The notes beneath the pieces were generated by a model. The model saw only the letters and a program-made list of their open reading frames with translations, did not search any database and had not been told where the DNA came from. A program made the position numbers and the translations under genes. DNA of 44,141 nt from Nitrosopumilaceae archaeon (GTDB lineage: Archaea; Thermoproteota; Nitrososphaeria; Nitrososphaerales; Nitrosopumilaceae): the NCBI GenBank assembly GCA_052389415.1, contig JBQTHX010000028.1, forward strand, positions 1 to 44,141, read 5' to 3'. Within the stretch, counting starts at the first letter, position 1, and the number at the start of each line of letters is the position of its first letter. Below, in pieces: positions 18,111-27,924 of the stretch.

Positions 18111-18392
18111 ATGGATGCAAAAATAACAGACTCGTCCTCAAAAGAAATTAGTTTGATTATAACAAAATCAGACATTGGAACATTATACATAATACAACAC
18201 GAGTTACTAAAAGAACCAAGCGTAGAGTTTGCCGGTGTTATAATGAAACACCCACTTACTAGAGAATATTGGATGCGCGTTAACACATCAAAAGGAAATC
18301 CACTCAAGGAAATAGAAAAGGCTGCGAAAACTGCCATTGAATATGCAAACGAACTAAAAAAATTGGTAAATTCTAAAATTAAAGGTGCTTAG
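18111..18392 (+). CDS. rpoL: RNA polymerase subunit L (Rpo11)
   Basis: VEFAGVIMKHPL motif; directly upstream of tfs. Confidence 0.85.
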   Translation: MDAKITDSSSKEISLIITKSDIGTLYIIQHELLKEPSVEFAGVIMKHPLTREYWMRVNTSKGNPLKEIEKAAKTAIEYANELKKLVNSKIKGA

Positions 18393-18707
18393 ATGAAATT
18401 TTGCCCCAAGTGTGAGGCACGTCTTAAACAAGACAGTTCTGAAAAAAATTCTACATGTCCAAAATGTGGATATAGTGAAAAGAGCACAAACCAACGAAAA
18501 CAAATCACAGTAGAAGGGGGATCAACAATTGATGTATTGGATGAAGATGAAGGTAAAGACACTTTACCATCAATAAAAATTGAATGTGAAAAATGTGGAC
18601 ATGGCGAAGCTGTGTGGTGGATGCTGCAAACCAGAAGCGCAGATGAACCAACGACTCAATTTTATCGTTGTACTAAATGTAGTTACACTTGGAGAAATTA
18701 CGCATAA
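18393..18707 (+). CDS. tfs: Transcription factor S
   Basis: MKFCPKC...CPKC; CEKC...QTRSADEPTTQFYRCTKC..WR. Confidence 0.93.
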   Translation: MKFCPKCEARLKQDSSEKNSTCPKCGYSEKSTNQRKQITVEGGSTIDVLDEDEGKDTLPSIKIECEKCGHGEAVWWMLQTRSADEPTTQFYRCTKCSYTWRNYA

Positions 18708-18736
18708 CGTTTAACTTGAACATATTAGACAACTGA

Positions 18737-19489
18737 TTGAGTTTGGTGTTTTCAGCAAAAACTAGTAGTTCAGATGAATGGAAAGCGATAATTTCAGCAA
18801 TCTCAACCTTAGTGGAAGAGGCTACATTCGAGTCTACTGGAGAAGGAATAACATTTAGAGGAATGGATCCATCCCATGTGGCCTTGATAGATATAGCGTG
18901 GCCAAACTCCGCATTTGAAAAATATGAGTGTGATAGTGATGTAAAGTTTGGAGTCAGAATAGACGAGTTTTCCAAATTAATCAAGAGGGCAGAAAAAAAG
19001 GACAGTATAGAGATCAGCATTTCCGAAGAAAATTTGCTCCTTGTAACAATAGGCAAAAATAAAAAATACAAAATGAGGCTGATTGAGAGCTCTGCGACTG
19101 ACACTCCTTTACCAAAAATTTCTTACAATACAAAAATTGGACTCACCTCAGCAGAGTTTGATAAAATCCTTGGCGATGTTCAGGTAGTATCAGAATATTT
19201 GTCTATGAACGCAACTACAACACAAGCTGAATTTTCCGGAAGAGGAGATTCTGGTGAAGCAATCATTACTTTGGAAAAGGGAATGCCAGAAATGCCTGAG
19301 ATTGAAGTAAAAGAACCAAGTACGGCAACGTATAGTTTAGAATATCTTAATAGTATTGTAAAAGCGGTTGGAACGGCTGCTGGTACTGTGATTTGCGAAT
19401 ATTCTACAAAGATGCCTCTACGACTAGAATTTAAAGTTGCAAACGTGGGTAGAATTCATTTCTATTTGGCACCAAGAGTAGAAAGTTAA
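18737..19489 (+). CDS. pcn: PCNA sliding clamp
   Basis: MDPSHVALI, YSLEYL, MPLRL, FYLAPRVE. Confidence 0.96.
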   Translation: MSLVFSAKTSSSDEWKAIISAISTLVEEATFESTGEGITFRGMDPSHVALIDIAWPNSAFEKYECDSDVKFGVRIDEFSKLIKRAEKKDSIEISISEENLLLVTIGKNKKYKMRLIESSATDTPLPKISYNTKIGLTSAEFDKILGDVQVVSEYLSMNATTTQAEFSGRGDSGEAIITLEKGMPEMPEIEVKEPSTATYSLEYLNSIVKAVGTAAGTVICEYSTKMPLRLEFKVANVGRIHFYLAPRVES

Positions 19490-19523
19490 AGCATTTAAGG
19501 ACAATAAAAGAGATATTACTGAA

Positions 19524-20927
19524 TTGAAACTCGTACTAAAGTTTGGTGGTACCTCGATATCTTCTGCTCAAAACATTAGATATGTAGCCAAACTTTTACA
19601 ATCACTATCAAAAGAACACAAAATAATTTCCGTCTTTTCAGCAATCACTGGTGTAACTGATGATCTGATACGCATTACTTCTCTTATACAAAAGGGGAAC
19701 AAACAGGTCGCAAATAACTTGGCGCAAAAAATAATCAAAGGCCACCTAAAAGTTGCAAATCAATGTATCAAGAACTCCAAAGTACGAAAAGAACTAGTAG
19801 AAAAGACAAAAGCTGATTTATCAGAACTTGAAGAGTTACTGCATGGGATGCTCTTACTTGGCGAAGTAACTCCTCGCTCTTCTGATTATCTAATATCATT
19901 TGGCGAAAGACTGTCAATCAACTTGATAGCTTATACATTAAATGATCTAGGTTCAAAAGCAACAGCGCTTACTGGTAAAGATGTAGGCATAATAACAGAC
20001 TCGAATTTTGGAGGGGCAAAACCTCTGATGGATACCACAAGACTTCGTGTGTCTCATACGATTGAATCACTCTTAGAAAAAAGAATTATTCCTATTATTG
20101 GAGGGTTTGCAGGCGGCGATCAATATGGAAATATCACCACATTTGGTAGAGGTGGATCCGATTATACAGCAACAATTGTTGCTTCTAGCATTAAAGCAGA
20201 TGAAGTTTGGCTCATGAGTGATGTGGATGGGTTGATGACAACAGATCCAAAAATTGTAAAAAACGCCAAAGTTCTCCAAGAAGTTTCTTATACAGAAGCA
20301 ATGGAAATGGCACTTTTTGGAGCGAAATACATCCATCCACGAGCACTTGAACCGCTGGTCACCAAAAAAATTCCACTAAGGATTAGAAGTACATTTAACA
20401 TAAAGAATTCAGGAACCCTTGTTACTGCATCACCAAAACCTGATACGCAAAAAACTGTGAAATGTGTTAGTACTATACGTCATACAGGATTAATCGATGT
20501 TAGGGGAGGAAGTATGGTTGGTGCACCTGGAACGGCAGCCACTATATTTTCCATTCTAGCAAAAGCTGGAGTTAATGTTATGATGATTTCACAGAGCCCC
20601 TCAGAATCAAGTATCTCTATCATAGTAAAAAAGAACGATCTAGATAAAGCAGTAAATTCACTTGAGATGAATCTGTTAGGAAAGATAATAAAAAAAGTTG
20701 AGGTAACCGTAGATGTAGCAATAATAGCACTGATCGGTTCTGGAATGAGAGGAATAGTGGGTGTAGCATCAAAAGTATTTGCAGCAGTGGCAAAAAAACA
20801 TGTTAACGTTGTTATGATTGCACAAGGATCTTCAGAACTAAATCTTGCATTTGTAGTTAAAGATGCTGATTGTAATACTGCAGTACAGGCACTTCATGAT
20901 GAATTTGAGCTTTCAAAGATAAACTAA
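19524..20927 (+). CDS. lysC: Aspartate kinase
   Basis: VLKFGGTS, SFGERLS, TFGRGGSDYTA, DVDG, two ACT domains. Confidence 0.95.
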   Translation: MKLVLKFGGTSISSAQNIRYVAKLLQSLSKEHKIISVFSAITGVTDDLIRITSLIQKGNKQVANNLAQKIIKGHLKVANQCIKNSKVRKELVEKTKADLSELEELLHGMLLLGEVTPRSSDYLISFGERLSINLIAYTLNDLGSKATALTGKDVGIITDSNFGGAKPLMDTTRLRVSHTIESLLEKRIIPIIGGFAGGDQYGNITTFGRGGSDYTATIVASSIKADEVWLMSDVDGLMTTDPKIVKNAKVLQEVSYTEAMEMALFGAKYIHPRALEPLVTKKIPLRIRSTFNIKNSGTLVTASPKPDTQKTVKCVSTIRHTGLIDVRGGSMVGAPGTAATIFSILAKAGVNVMMISQSPSESSISIIVKKNDLDKAVNSLEMNLLGKIIKKVEVTVDVAIIALIGSGMRGIVGVASKVFAAVAKKHVNVVMIAQGSSELNLAFVVKDADCNTAVQALHDEFELSKIN

Positions 20928-20978
20928 AACAAGAAAAATCTTGAAAAAGCATTTATGTAAACCATTGATTTTGATGGT

Positions 20979-22439
20979 ATGAACAAGTACCTAGTTATGA
21001 CAATAATTGTTCTAGTCACAACTGCGGTTTTTGCAATATCTTTACTGTCGGATCAATTTGTAACTGCAAAGACACTAAAAAAAATTCAATTTACAAAGAC
21101 AATAACATCAATGCAGGATCCAGGTCAAGGACATGAAGGTCATCAACTCGCACTCATTCTGTCTCCTAACAAAGGGACAATTTATGATGGTTCTATAACC
21201 TATACAGCAAGCGAACCAGTACAGATTGTTATTTTGCATGAGATTGATAAAGAGGACGCAAAGGGACAACCAACATGGACAGTGGACGGAGATACTATTT
21301 TTGGGCTAACACTTATAGATCTTGGTTTCAGCACAGGTTCGTATGAATTTACAGGAGCTGCATTAGCGTTACACACTAAAAATACAAACAAATTCACTAC
21401 TACTGTAAGTGTAGATGGGTGGATACGAGGACAGACTCCTGAATTAATGGAAAAGAAGGAAGAATCTGTCTTCGAGTCATCGCTTAGATTATCCCGAGCA
21501 AATGTTCCAGTAGAAATTCCATTACACAAAGCAACCTTTGATGGAAAACCTGTTTACTATATAATTACAGATACAAATGATAAAAAATCTGCCAGGGAAA
21601 TCTCTGAAAAACAGAAATGGAAAGTTGAAGTCTCTGCTCTTTTAGCAAAGGCACCTGAAGAATCCCTTGGAGACGTGTACGTATTTCTCAATGGAACCAA
21701 GGGAAATGGAACACGTGGATTCCAAGATGAGGTATTTTCTAGTACTCCGGAACAGACAGACCAATACAGCGCAATACGTTCTGTAACAAATGTTATTTGG
21801 AATGATGATAAAGAACCTGAAATTCTAGACTCTGTTCAAAAAATTCTTGATGCAGAAAAGGACGAAAAAATACAGCTTGAAAAAACAAGGACAGTAATCA
21901 ACATGCCACAAATTGTATGGCCTGATGGCCAAATGACCATACGATCAGACATGAACCTAACTGATGATACACCATATGGTGACGGTCAAATTCTTGACAT
22001 AAATCTAGAAAATATGACAGTAACGTTTGTCGCACATAGAGGATGGGGACCAGATGGTAGAACGATTTATTATATTGTAACAGATGCAACACCCTCAGGC
22101 GCAGCTAACATGATGGGGGTGATAGATTCACCAAAACTTGCAAAATCAATAACCAGTCCTGCAGCAGTAGATTTGTACCAATTTACAAACGGAATCAAAG
22201 GAAAAGGACCTCTAGGTTTCCAACCAGGAATTGCTTCTGCTGCGTTGGGAGATGATACCTACAGTCCATTATGGAGAATAAATCTAGTAACATGGAATGA
22301 GTCTGTAAGAGCATCGGTTCTTGAAACAATTGAAGACATTAATGCAAAAAAATCTGGCGGTGATGTTACAGTAGAACTTGCAAAACCAATGGACAGTGAT
22401 CACGTCGTAAACTGTCCTTTCATAGATCCATTTCAATGA
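20979..22439 (+). CDS. Secreted or membrane-anchored protein with two internal repeats
   Basis: N-terminal hydrophobic helix; repeat YYI.TD...Y.F.NG.KG.G..GFQ...YS......V.W...V.N(M/C)P present twice. Confidence 0.7.
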   Translation: MNKYLVMTIIVLVTTAVFAISLLSDQFVTAKTLKKIQFTKTITSMQDPGQGHEGHQLALILSPNKGTIYDGSITYTASEPVQIVILHEIDKEDAKGQPTWTVDGDTIFGLTLIDLGFSTGSYEFTGAALALHTKNTNKFTTTVSVDGWIRGQTPELMEKKEESVFESSLRLSRANVPVEIPLHKATFDGKPVYYIITDTNDKKSAREISEKQKWKVEVSALLAKAPEESLGDVYVFLNGTKGNGTRGFQDEVFSSTPEQTDQYSAIRSVTNVIWNDDKEPEILDSVQKILDAEKDEKIQLEKTRTVINMPQIVWPDGQMTIRSDMNLTDDTPYGDGQILDINLENMTVTFVAHRGWGPDGRTIYYIVTDATPSGAANMMGVIDSPKLAKSITSPAAVDLYQFTNGIKGKGPLGFQPGIASAALGDDTYSPLWRINLVTWNESVRASVLETIEDINAKKSGGDVTVELAKPMDSDHVVNCPFIDPFQ

Positions 22440-22490
22440 TACAAATCTTTGAAAACGGATAAATTGTATTAAAGAACGAATCACCATAGA

Positions 22491-23273
22491 ATGACGGGAA
22501 AATTATACATCGTCGGTGTTGGTCCTGGTCACCATGATCACATGACATTTCGTGCCAAGCAAGTAATTGAAGAAAGTGATACCATTGTGGGATACGAAAC
22601 CTATGTAGATTTGGTGGCTGATCTTATCCAAGGCAAGGATGTCTATAGATATGCAATGACTCAAGAGGTAGAAAGGGCACATCAATGTATTGAGCTAGCT
22701 AAATCTGGGAAAATAGTTTCTCTAGTTTCAAGTGGAGATCCTGGGATTTACGGTATGGCAGGACTGATCTACGAAATTCTTGCTGAATCAGGATGGGATA
22801 AAAATAATGGTTTGTATGTTGAATTAATTCCAGGTGTATCTTCACTTAATTCTTGTGCTGCCTTGGTTGGTTCTCCATTAATGACAGATTTTGCTGTAGT
22901 AAGTATGAGTGATTTACTTGTTCCATGGGAAATTATAGTAAAAAGAGTAGAGGCAGCAGCACAAGGAGATTTTGTCATTGTAATATACAACCCATCTAGC
23001 AAAAAAAGAATTCATCAACTTCAAGACACAAGAAAAATTTTGCTAAAATACAGATCCCCCACTACACCGGTAGCTATAGTAAAAGGAGCATACAGAGAAT
23101 CTCAAACAATAGTCCTCACTGATCTTGAAAACTTGGAAAATCATTCTGATAAACTTGGCATGATAAGTACAGTAATTATTGGAAATTCGTCTACATACAT
23201 GTACAAAAACATGATGATTAATCCACGTGGTTACACATCAAAGTACAACATAACAGAACCTCAAACAAATTAG
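22491..23273 (+). CDS. cbiH: Precorrin-3B C17-methyltransferase (CbiH/CobJ)
   Basis: IVGVGPG, SSGDPGIYGMAG, SMSDLLVPW, IYNPSS, NPRGY. Confidence 0.93.
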   Translation: MTGKLYIVGVGPGHHDHMTFRAKQVIEESDTIVGYETYVDLVADLIQGKDVYRYAMTQEVERAHQCIELAKSGKIVSLVSSGDPGIYGMAGLIYEILAESGWDKNNGLYVELIPGVSSLNSCAALVGSPLMTDFAVVSMSDLLVPWEIIVKRVEAAAQGDFVIVIYNPSSKKRIHQLQDTRKILLKYRSPTTPVAIVKGAYRESQTIVLTDLENLENHSDKLGMISTVIIGNSSTYMYKNMMINPRGYTSKYNITEPQTN

Positions 23274-23274
23274 C

Positions 23275-24252
23275 ATGAATTCAATTCAAGTGGGACTTAC
23301 TATACCACAAGGATGGCTTGATGAATTTCCTGATGACAACGCATATCATCAATTTCTTTTTTCAAAGTCTGTTGCACTTAAAGCAGAACAACTGGGATAC
23401 GACGCTGGTTATGTATACGATCATTTCATTCCGTATTATGGTGAAAAACGCACACTTCCTTTTTTTGAAGCATATACACTTCTTTCAGCAATAGCATCAA
23501 TTACAACAAAACTAAGAATTGGTCAAGTTGTTACCTGTAATTCATACCGTACTCCATCACTCTTAGCAAAGATGTCTTCTACACTAGATGCAATAAGTAA
23601 TGGAAGACTAGAGTTTGGTATTGGTGCAGGGTGGTTTGAGTATGAATACAACTCGTATGGATACCAATTCTCTACTCCATCAATTAGAATTGAACAACTT
23701 GACGAATCATTAATCATTATCAAAAAAATGTGGCAAAACGAGAAATCAAGTTTCAATGGAAAGCACTATTATATCAAAAATGCTATATGCAATCCAAAAC
23801 CAATCCAGAATCCACATCCTCCAATAATGGTCGGTGGGGCAGGTCAGAAACTAATTGGTGTAGCTGCAAAACATGCAACAAGATATAATCACCCTTTTGG
23901 AACTCCAGAAATTTTACAATCAAAAATTGAGACACTAAAAGCACATTGCAAAAAAATCAACAGAAAGTTTAACGAGATTGAAAATTCTGTACTATTACGA
24001 GTTCTTGTTGGAAAAGACAAAGATGACTTAGAACAAATTGTAACACAATTAAAAAAGAAAAATGAATCGATCTCAGAATTTATCATGCGTTCAAAAGACA
24101 GTATTGCACTTGGAACTCCGGACGAAGTGATAGAATATCTAGAAAGATACGTAAACATTGGAATTAACTATTTTATTGTTAATTTTATTGGGCTTTCAAA
24201 ATCTCTTGAAATGCTTTCGTTATTTTCAAAAAAAGTCAGACCAAAAATTTAA
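23275..24252 (+). CDS. LLM-class (probably F420-dependent) oxidoreductase
   Basis: YDHF, VTCNSYR.P.LLAK, SNGRLEFGIGAGW, PPIMVGG. Confidence 0.88.
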   Translation: MNSIQVGLTIPQGWLDEFPDDNAYHQFLFSKSVALKAEQLGYDAGYVYDHFIPYYGEKRTLPFFEAYTLLSAIASITTKLRIGQVVTCNSYRTPSLLAKMSSTLDAISNGRLEFGIGAGWFEYEYNSYGYQFSTPSIRIEQLDESLIIIKKMWQNEKSSFNGKHYYIKNAICNPKPIQNPHPPIMVGGAGQKLIGVAAKHATRYNHPFGTPEILQSKIETLKAHCKKINRKFNEIENSVLLRVLVGKDKDDLEQIVTQLKKKNESISEFIMRSKDSIALGTPDEVIEYLERYVNIGINYFIVNFIGLSKSLEMLSLFSKKVRPKI

Positions 24253-25298
24253 ACACTTTTCTTTATAGTTTCTAGCAGTTCTGCTTTTAAATTAATCTTA
24301 TCCCTTAATGGCGAGATTATGTTGATTAGGTATGTTTCTACCATGCTTTTAAGATCAGTTGGATGAAGTTTTTTTTGTGAAAAATCCAATTCTAACTGCG
24401 AATAATTTGTATAAGTTACATTTCCGCCAAACTTTTCTGGTCTTTCAATTAAAGCTTTGCTAAACTCATGAAAAATGATATTTCTAGAAATTGCTAATAA
24501 TGGATTGTTTTCGACTATTCCTTCTGGACACCAAGCCTTTTTGACTTTGGAGCGAATTTCGTCGTCACTATCATGAATAAAAATTCCTGAGGATGGTTTA
24601 GACTTGCTCATTTTACCTACTATCATCTCATCCTCTCCTAACTCAAGTTCTGGTTCTGCAAGACCTGGAAGAAGGCGATGATGAATAGCTACAGGAACTT
24701 TCCACTTCATTTTTGGGAAAATCTCTCTTACCAGCATATGGATCTTCCTCTGGTCCATTCCAGAATGCACAATATCCAAATCCATTGTGTGGATATCTAC
24801 TGCTTGCATGGGGGCATAAAGCATCTGAGCCAAGTCTAGTTTGTCCTTTTCCGTTCTACCCATGATTGTTAATGTTCTCATAGCTCGGGAAAGCGACATG
24901 TGTTTGGCAAACTGAATTAATTCAGACCAATAATCTCTTCTTGATTCATACAGCTTAGAACCCTGAAGTATCTCTATACCTGGACATAAAAGACGAAACG
25001 CATCAGCATAATAATCTGAAACTTTTTTTATTGTCTCTAGGTTCCCGCCAAGCTTATCATTGATAAATGTGTGCCAATCTGCTAAAAATACGGAACATTT
25101 TACACCAGCTTTTATCAAATCATTTATTTTAAATCCAGTCAGTATAAGACTGCCCAGGTGCAGAAAGCCAGAAATTTCTAAACCTATGTAATGTTTTGGA
25201 TGAGAATTAGTTTGAAAAAGATTTGTCAGCTCCTCACTTGTAACAACTTCTTCTGTCGGATCTCTTGTTACAAGTGCAATCTTTTCTGTAATATCCAA
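24249..25298 (-). CDS. tyrS: Tyrosine--tRNA ligase
   Basis: YIGLEISGFLHLG, LADWH, YAPMQAVD, GMDQRK, KMSKS, LHPTDLK. Confidence 0.95.
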   Translation of the reverse strand: MDITEKIALVTRDPTEEVVTSEELTNLFQTNSHPKHYIGLEISGFLHLGSLILTGFKINDLIKAGVKCSVFLADWHTFINDKLGGNLETIKKVSDYYADAFRLLCPGIEILQGSKLYESRRDYWSELIQFAKHMSLSRAMRTLTIMGRTEKDKLDLAQMLYAPMQAVDIHTMDLDIVHSGMDQRKIHMLVREIFPKMKWKVPVAIHHRLLPGLAEPELELGEDEMIVGKMSKSKPSSGIFIHDSDDEIRSKVKKAWCPEGIVENNPLLAISRNIIFHEFSKALIERPEKFGGNVTYTNYSQLELDFSQKKLHPTDLKSMVETYLINIISPLRDKINLKAELLETIKKSV

Positions 25299-25332
25299 TT
25301 TGAATCAGATTTTCATTTGTAAACCTATAAAG

Positions 25333-25896
25333 TTACGCATTAAGTTCGTGTTCTTGTTTTCTTGGTCTTGTACTAAGATACAGTGCATGTGAACTTATTA
25401 TGAATCCAGCAAGAAACATTTTTGTTGCAAATATTAGATTCCATGGTCTTGTTGGATCAGGATATGCAATTGTTAAAGAATCGATATCTGGAACCTTTCC
25501 ATCTATTATTCCAGAAGTTATTTGTGCATTAAGAACTGTAAAATTATACATTACTTCGTAAAGACAAATGACGGAAAACCCAACAAGCATTAGTTGTAAA
25601 AGTGACATTCTCCACGATGGAATTTTTACTGTTTTTTTCCATCCTATTCGGGTCACACAGTACCATCCTATAATAGAGGAGAAGAATAGCCATGTCGTCA
25701 ACTTGGCAAAATGTTTGTAAGGAAATTCTGTCTTTACCAGAACTTCTCCCATTACATACGTCCCTTTTTCAGCCCATTCTTGATACATTGCATAAATTCC
25801 AAAGATTGTAATTGATGACATAATTACTGCGCTTGCATAGAAAATATAGAGAAATATTTTGTAACCTTTATCATGTTCGTGCAAGAGTACTTTCAT
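25333..25896 (-). CDS. Hypothetical membrane protein (about four TM helices)
   Basis: Hydrophobic segments; LYEVMYNF and PWNLIFATK. Confidence 0.7.
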   Translation of the reverse strand: MKVLLHEHDKGYKIFLYIFYASAVIMSSITIFGIYAMYQEWAEKGTYVMGEVLVKTEFPYKHFAKLTTWLFFSSIIGWYCVTRIGWKKTVKIPSWRMSLLQLMLVGFSVICLYEVMYNFTVLNAQITSGIIDGKVPDIDSLTIAYPDPTRPWNLIFATKMFLAGFIISSHALYLSTRPRKQEHELNA

Positions 25897-25987
25897 TTGC
25901 TCTGATTGGTTTACTCCAAAATATAAAAATTGGTTTTAACAAAATTGAAGAGGTTTATTATAGTATTTATAAAAATAACCATAGTCA

Positions 25988-27070
25988 ATGAGAATTCCAA
26001 TTAATGCTCCAATCATAGGCAAAGAAGAAATCAATGAAGTTTGTTCTGTCCTCAGAGAAAAATCTCTTACATCTGCGACTAATTCGGGCGGTAAACGTGT
26101 ACAAGAATTTGAACGATTATTGTCATCATTTGTAAAATCAAAATATGCTGTTGCAGTAAATTCTGGAACTGCTGCGTTACAAGCTACACTTTATGCATTA
26201 AATATCAAAAAAGGCGATGAAGTACTTCTACCATCTTTTACTTTTGTTGCTACAGCAAATGCGATAGTATCGTTGGGAGCAAAGCCAGTATTTGTTGATA
26301 TTGTAAAAGAAAATTATACGATGGATCCTGATGATCTTAAAAAGAAAATTACAAGAAAATCTAAGATAATAATTCCAGTTCATCTTTACGGTAATGTAGC
26401 CTACATCGATGAAATTATGGAAATTAGCAACCAGCATGATCTAGAAATTATAGAAGATGCCGCTCAATCGCTAGGTTCACAATACAAGGGAAGATACACA
26501 GGAACTTTTTCCAAACTTGGTTGTTTTAGTATGTATGCAGCAAAGGTAATGACATCTGGAGAAGGAGGTGCCATTGTAACAAGCAATAAAGAACTATACG
26601 AAAAACTCAAGCAAATAAGAAATCATGGAATGTTACATGGGGGTGATACTAGGATTCTTGGTTTGAACATGCGGCTTCCTGAAATCAATGCAGCAATTGC
26701 AAAAATTCAGATGAAAAAGTTAGGCAGATTTCTTACACAAAGAAAAAGTAATGGAAAAATTCTTACTGAACTTTTATCGGATCTGGACATTATTCTTCCT
26801 CATGAGAGAAAGTATGAGAAAGTCAATTGGTATCTTTACACAATAGCAACCAAAAAAAGAGACCTTCTGATGAAAAAATTAAACTTTGACGGAATAAGCG
26901 CCTCCGTTTACTATTCACTGCCCGTGCACAAGACCACCTTTTATAAGAGTAAACTCAGACTTCCAATCACAGATTGGGCAGCTTCAAATGTTCTTAGCCT
27001 ACCTGTCCATCCTCTGGTAACTACACAGCATCTCCAAAAGATTTCGAAGGTTATTCATGAGACCATATAG
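25988..27070 (+). CDS. DegT/DnrJ/EryC1/StrS aminotransferase
   Basis: NSGTAAL, TFVAT, PVHLYG, EDAAQ, SMYAAKVMTSGEGG, RNHG, LSLP. Confidence 0.92.
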   Translation: MRIPINAPIIGKEEINEVCSVLREKSLTSATNSGGKRVQEFERLLSSFVKSKYAVAVNSGTAALQATLYALNIKKGDEVLLPSFTFVATANAIVSLGAKPVFVDIVKENYTMDPDDLKKKITRKSKIIIPVHLYGNVAYIDEIMEISNQHDLEIIEDAAQSLGSQYKGRYTGTFSKLGCFSMYAAKVMTSGEGGAIVTSNKELYEKLKQIRNHGMLHGGDTRILGLNMRLPEINAAIAKIQMKKLGRFLTQRKSNGKILTELLSDLDIILPHERKYEKVNWYLYTIATKKRDLLMKKLNFDGISASVYYSLPVHKTTFYKSKLRLPITDWAASNVLSLPVHPLVTTQHLQKISKVIHETI

Positions 27071-27072
27071 GT

Positions 27073-27561
27073 ATGAATATTCTTGAAAATATCGCGGGAG
27101 AAATATGTAAATTAGTTCTTCCCATTGATGAAGAAACATTTCTTGGGAATTCAAAATCCTCAATAGCCATATGCACACTTTCTAGCATGAAATTACTACA
27201 AGAAATTTCTAAATCATCAATAATGTCACAAGTTGCTATAGTAGGAAGATTACTCTCAGAAAATAGTGGAATAGATTCCCTTGTCAGGAATGTAATATCG
27301 AAAAAAAACATAAAAACAATTTTGATTTGTGGTAAAGACGCATCAGGTCATAGACCAGGAAACTCTCTTCTTAAACTATATGAAAATGGAATAGACTACA
27401 ACGGAAGAATAATTGGTTCAACTAGTCCTGATCCCGTCTTGACAATAACAAAATCTGAAATTCAAAATTTTCAAAAACAAATTGTTATCATAAATAAGAT
27501 TGGCGAAGCAAACTTTCTCGAAATCAGACGATCAATAAATTCTCTATCTGAAATTCAATAA
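27073..27561 (+). CDS. Soluble MtrA-like protein
   Basis: IAICTLSS, GRLLSENSGID, ICGKDASGHRPG.SL..L..NG....GRIIG match the MtrA corrinoid-binding domain; no TM tail. Confidence 0.75.
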   Translation: MNILENIAGEICKLVLPIDEETFLGNSKSSIAICTLSSMKLLQEISKSSIMSQVAIVGRLLSENSGIDSLVRNVISKKNIKTILICGKDASGHRPGNSLLKLYENGIDYNGRIIGSTSPDPVLTITKSEIQNFQKQIVIINKIGEANFLEIRRSINSLSEIQ

Positions 27562-27890
27562 CCATTTTTTTGTCTTTCTTGATTTATCTTATTTTTTTTC
27601 TGATATTCTTTTAAAATGTCTTCTGGAGTCATATTCAATTCAAGTGAAGCTTGAACCACAAAATGCCATATGTCAATGAGCTCTTCACGTGCAGTAGATT
27701 CGTCAAATGGAACTGGAGTTTTCCACCACTTCCAATTTGTGAGGCGTTGAAGCTCAACCGCCTCATGAATAATAGCCAAACATAATGCAGAAATTTTTCC
27801 TTCTACGTCTTTTGGATATCTATTTAGATTCATCATTTTCTCAAGGCTTTTTTGCATTTTGAAGATTGAATCTAACTTGTCCTGTTCCAT
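27555..27890 (-). CDS. Dimeric all-alpha dUTPase family protein
   Basis: EAVEL, WKWWK, EELIDIWHF, Y..KN..N..RQ..GY. Confidence 0.85.
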   Translation of the reverse strand: MEQDKLDSIFKMQKSLEKMMNLNRYPKDVEGKISALCLAIIHEAVELQRLTNWKWWKTPVPFDESTAREELIDIWHFVVQASLELNMTPEDILKEYQKKNKINQERQKNGY

Positions 27891-27924
27891 GATTTTGTCT
27901 TTTTAATGAGATCTATAATAATTC

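Noticed and set aside
27073-27561. Evidence for methanogenesis
   Set aside because: Lone soluble MtrA-like domain; no mtr operon or mcr genes in the window
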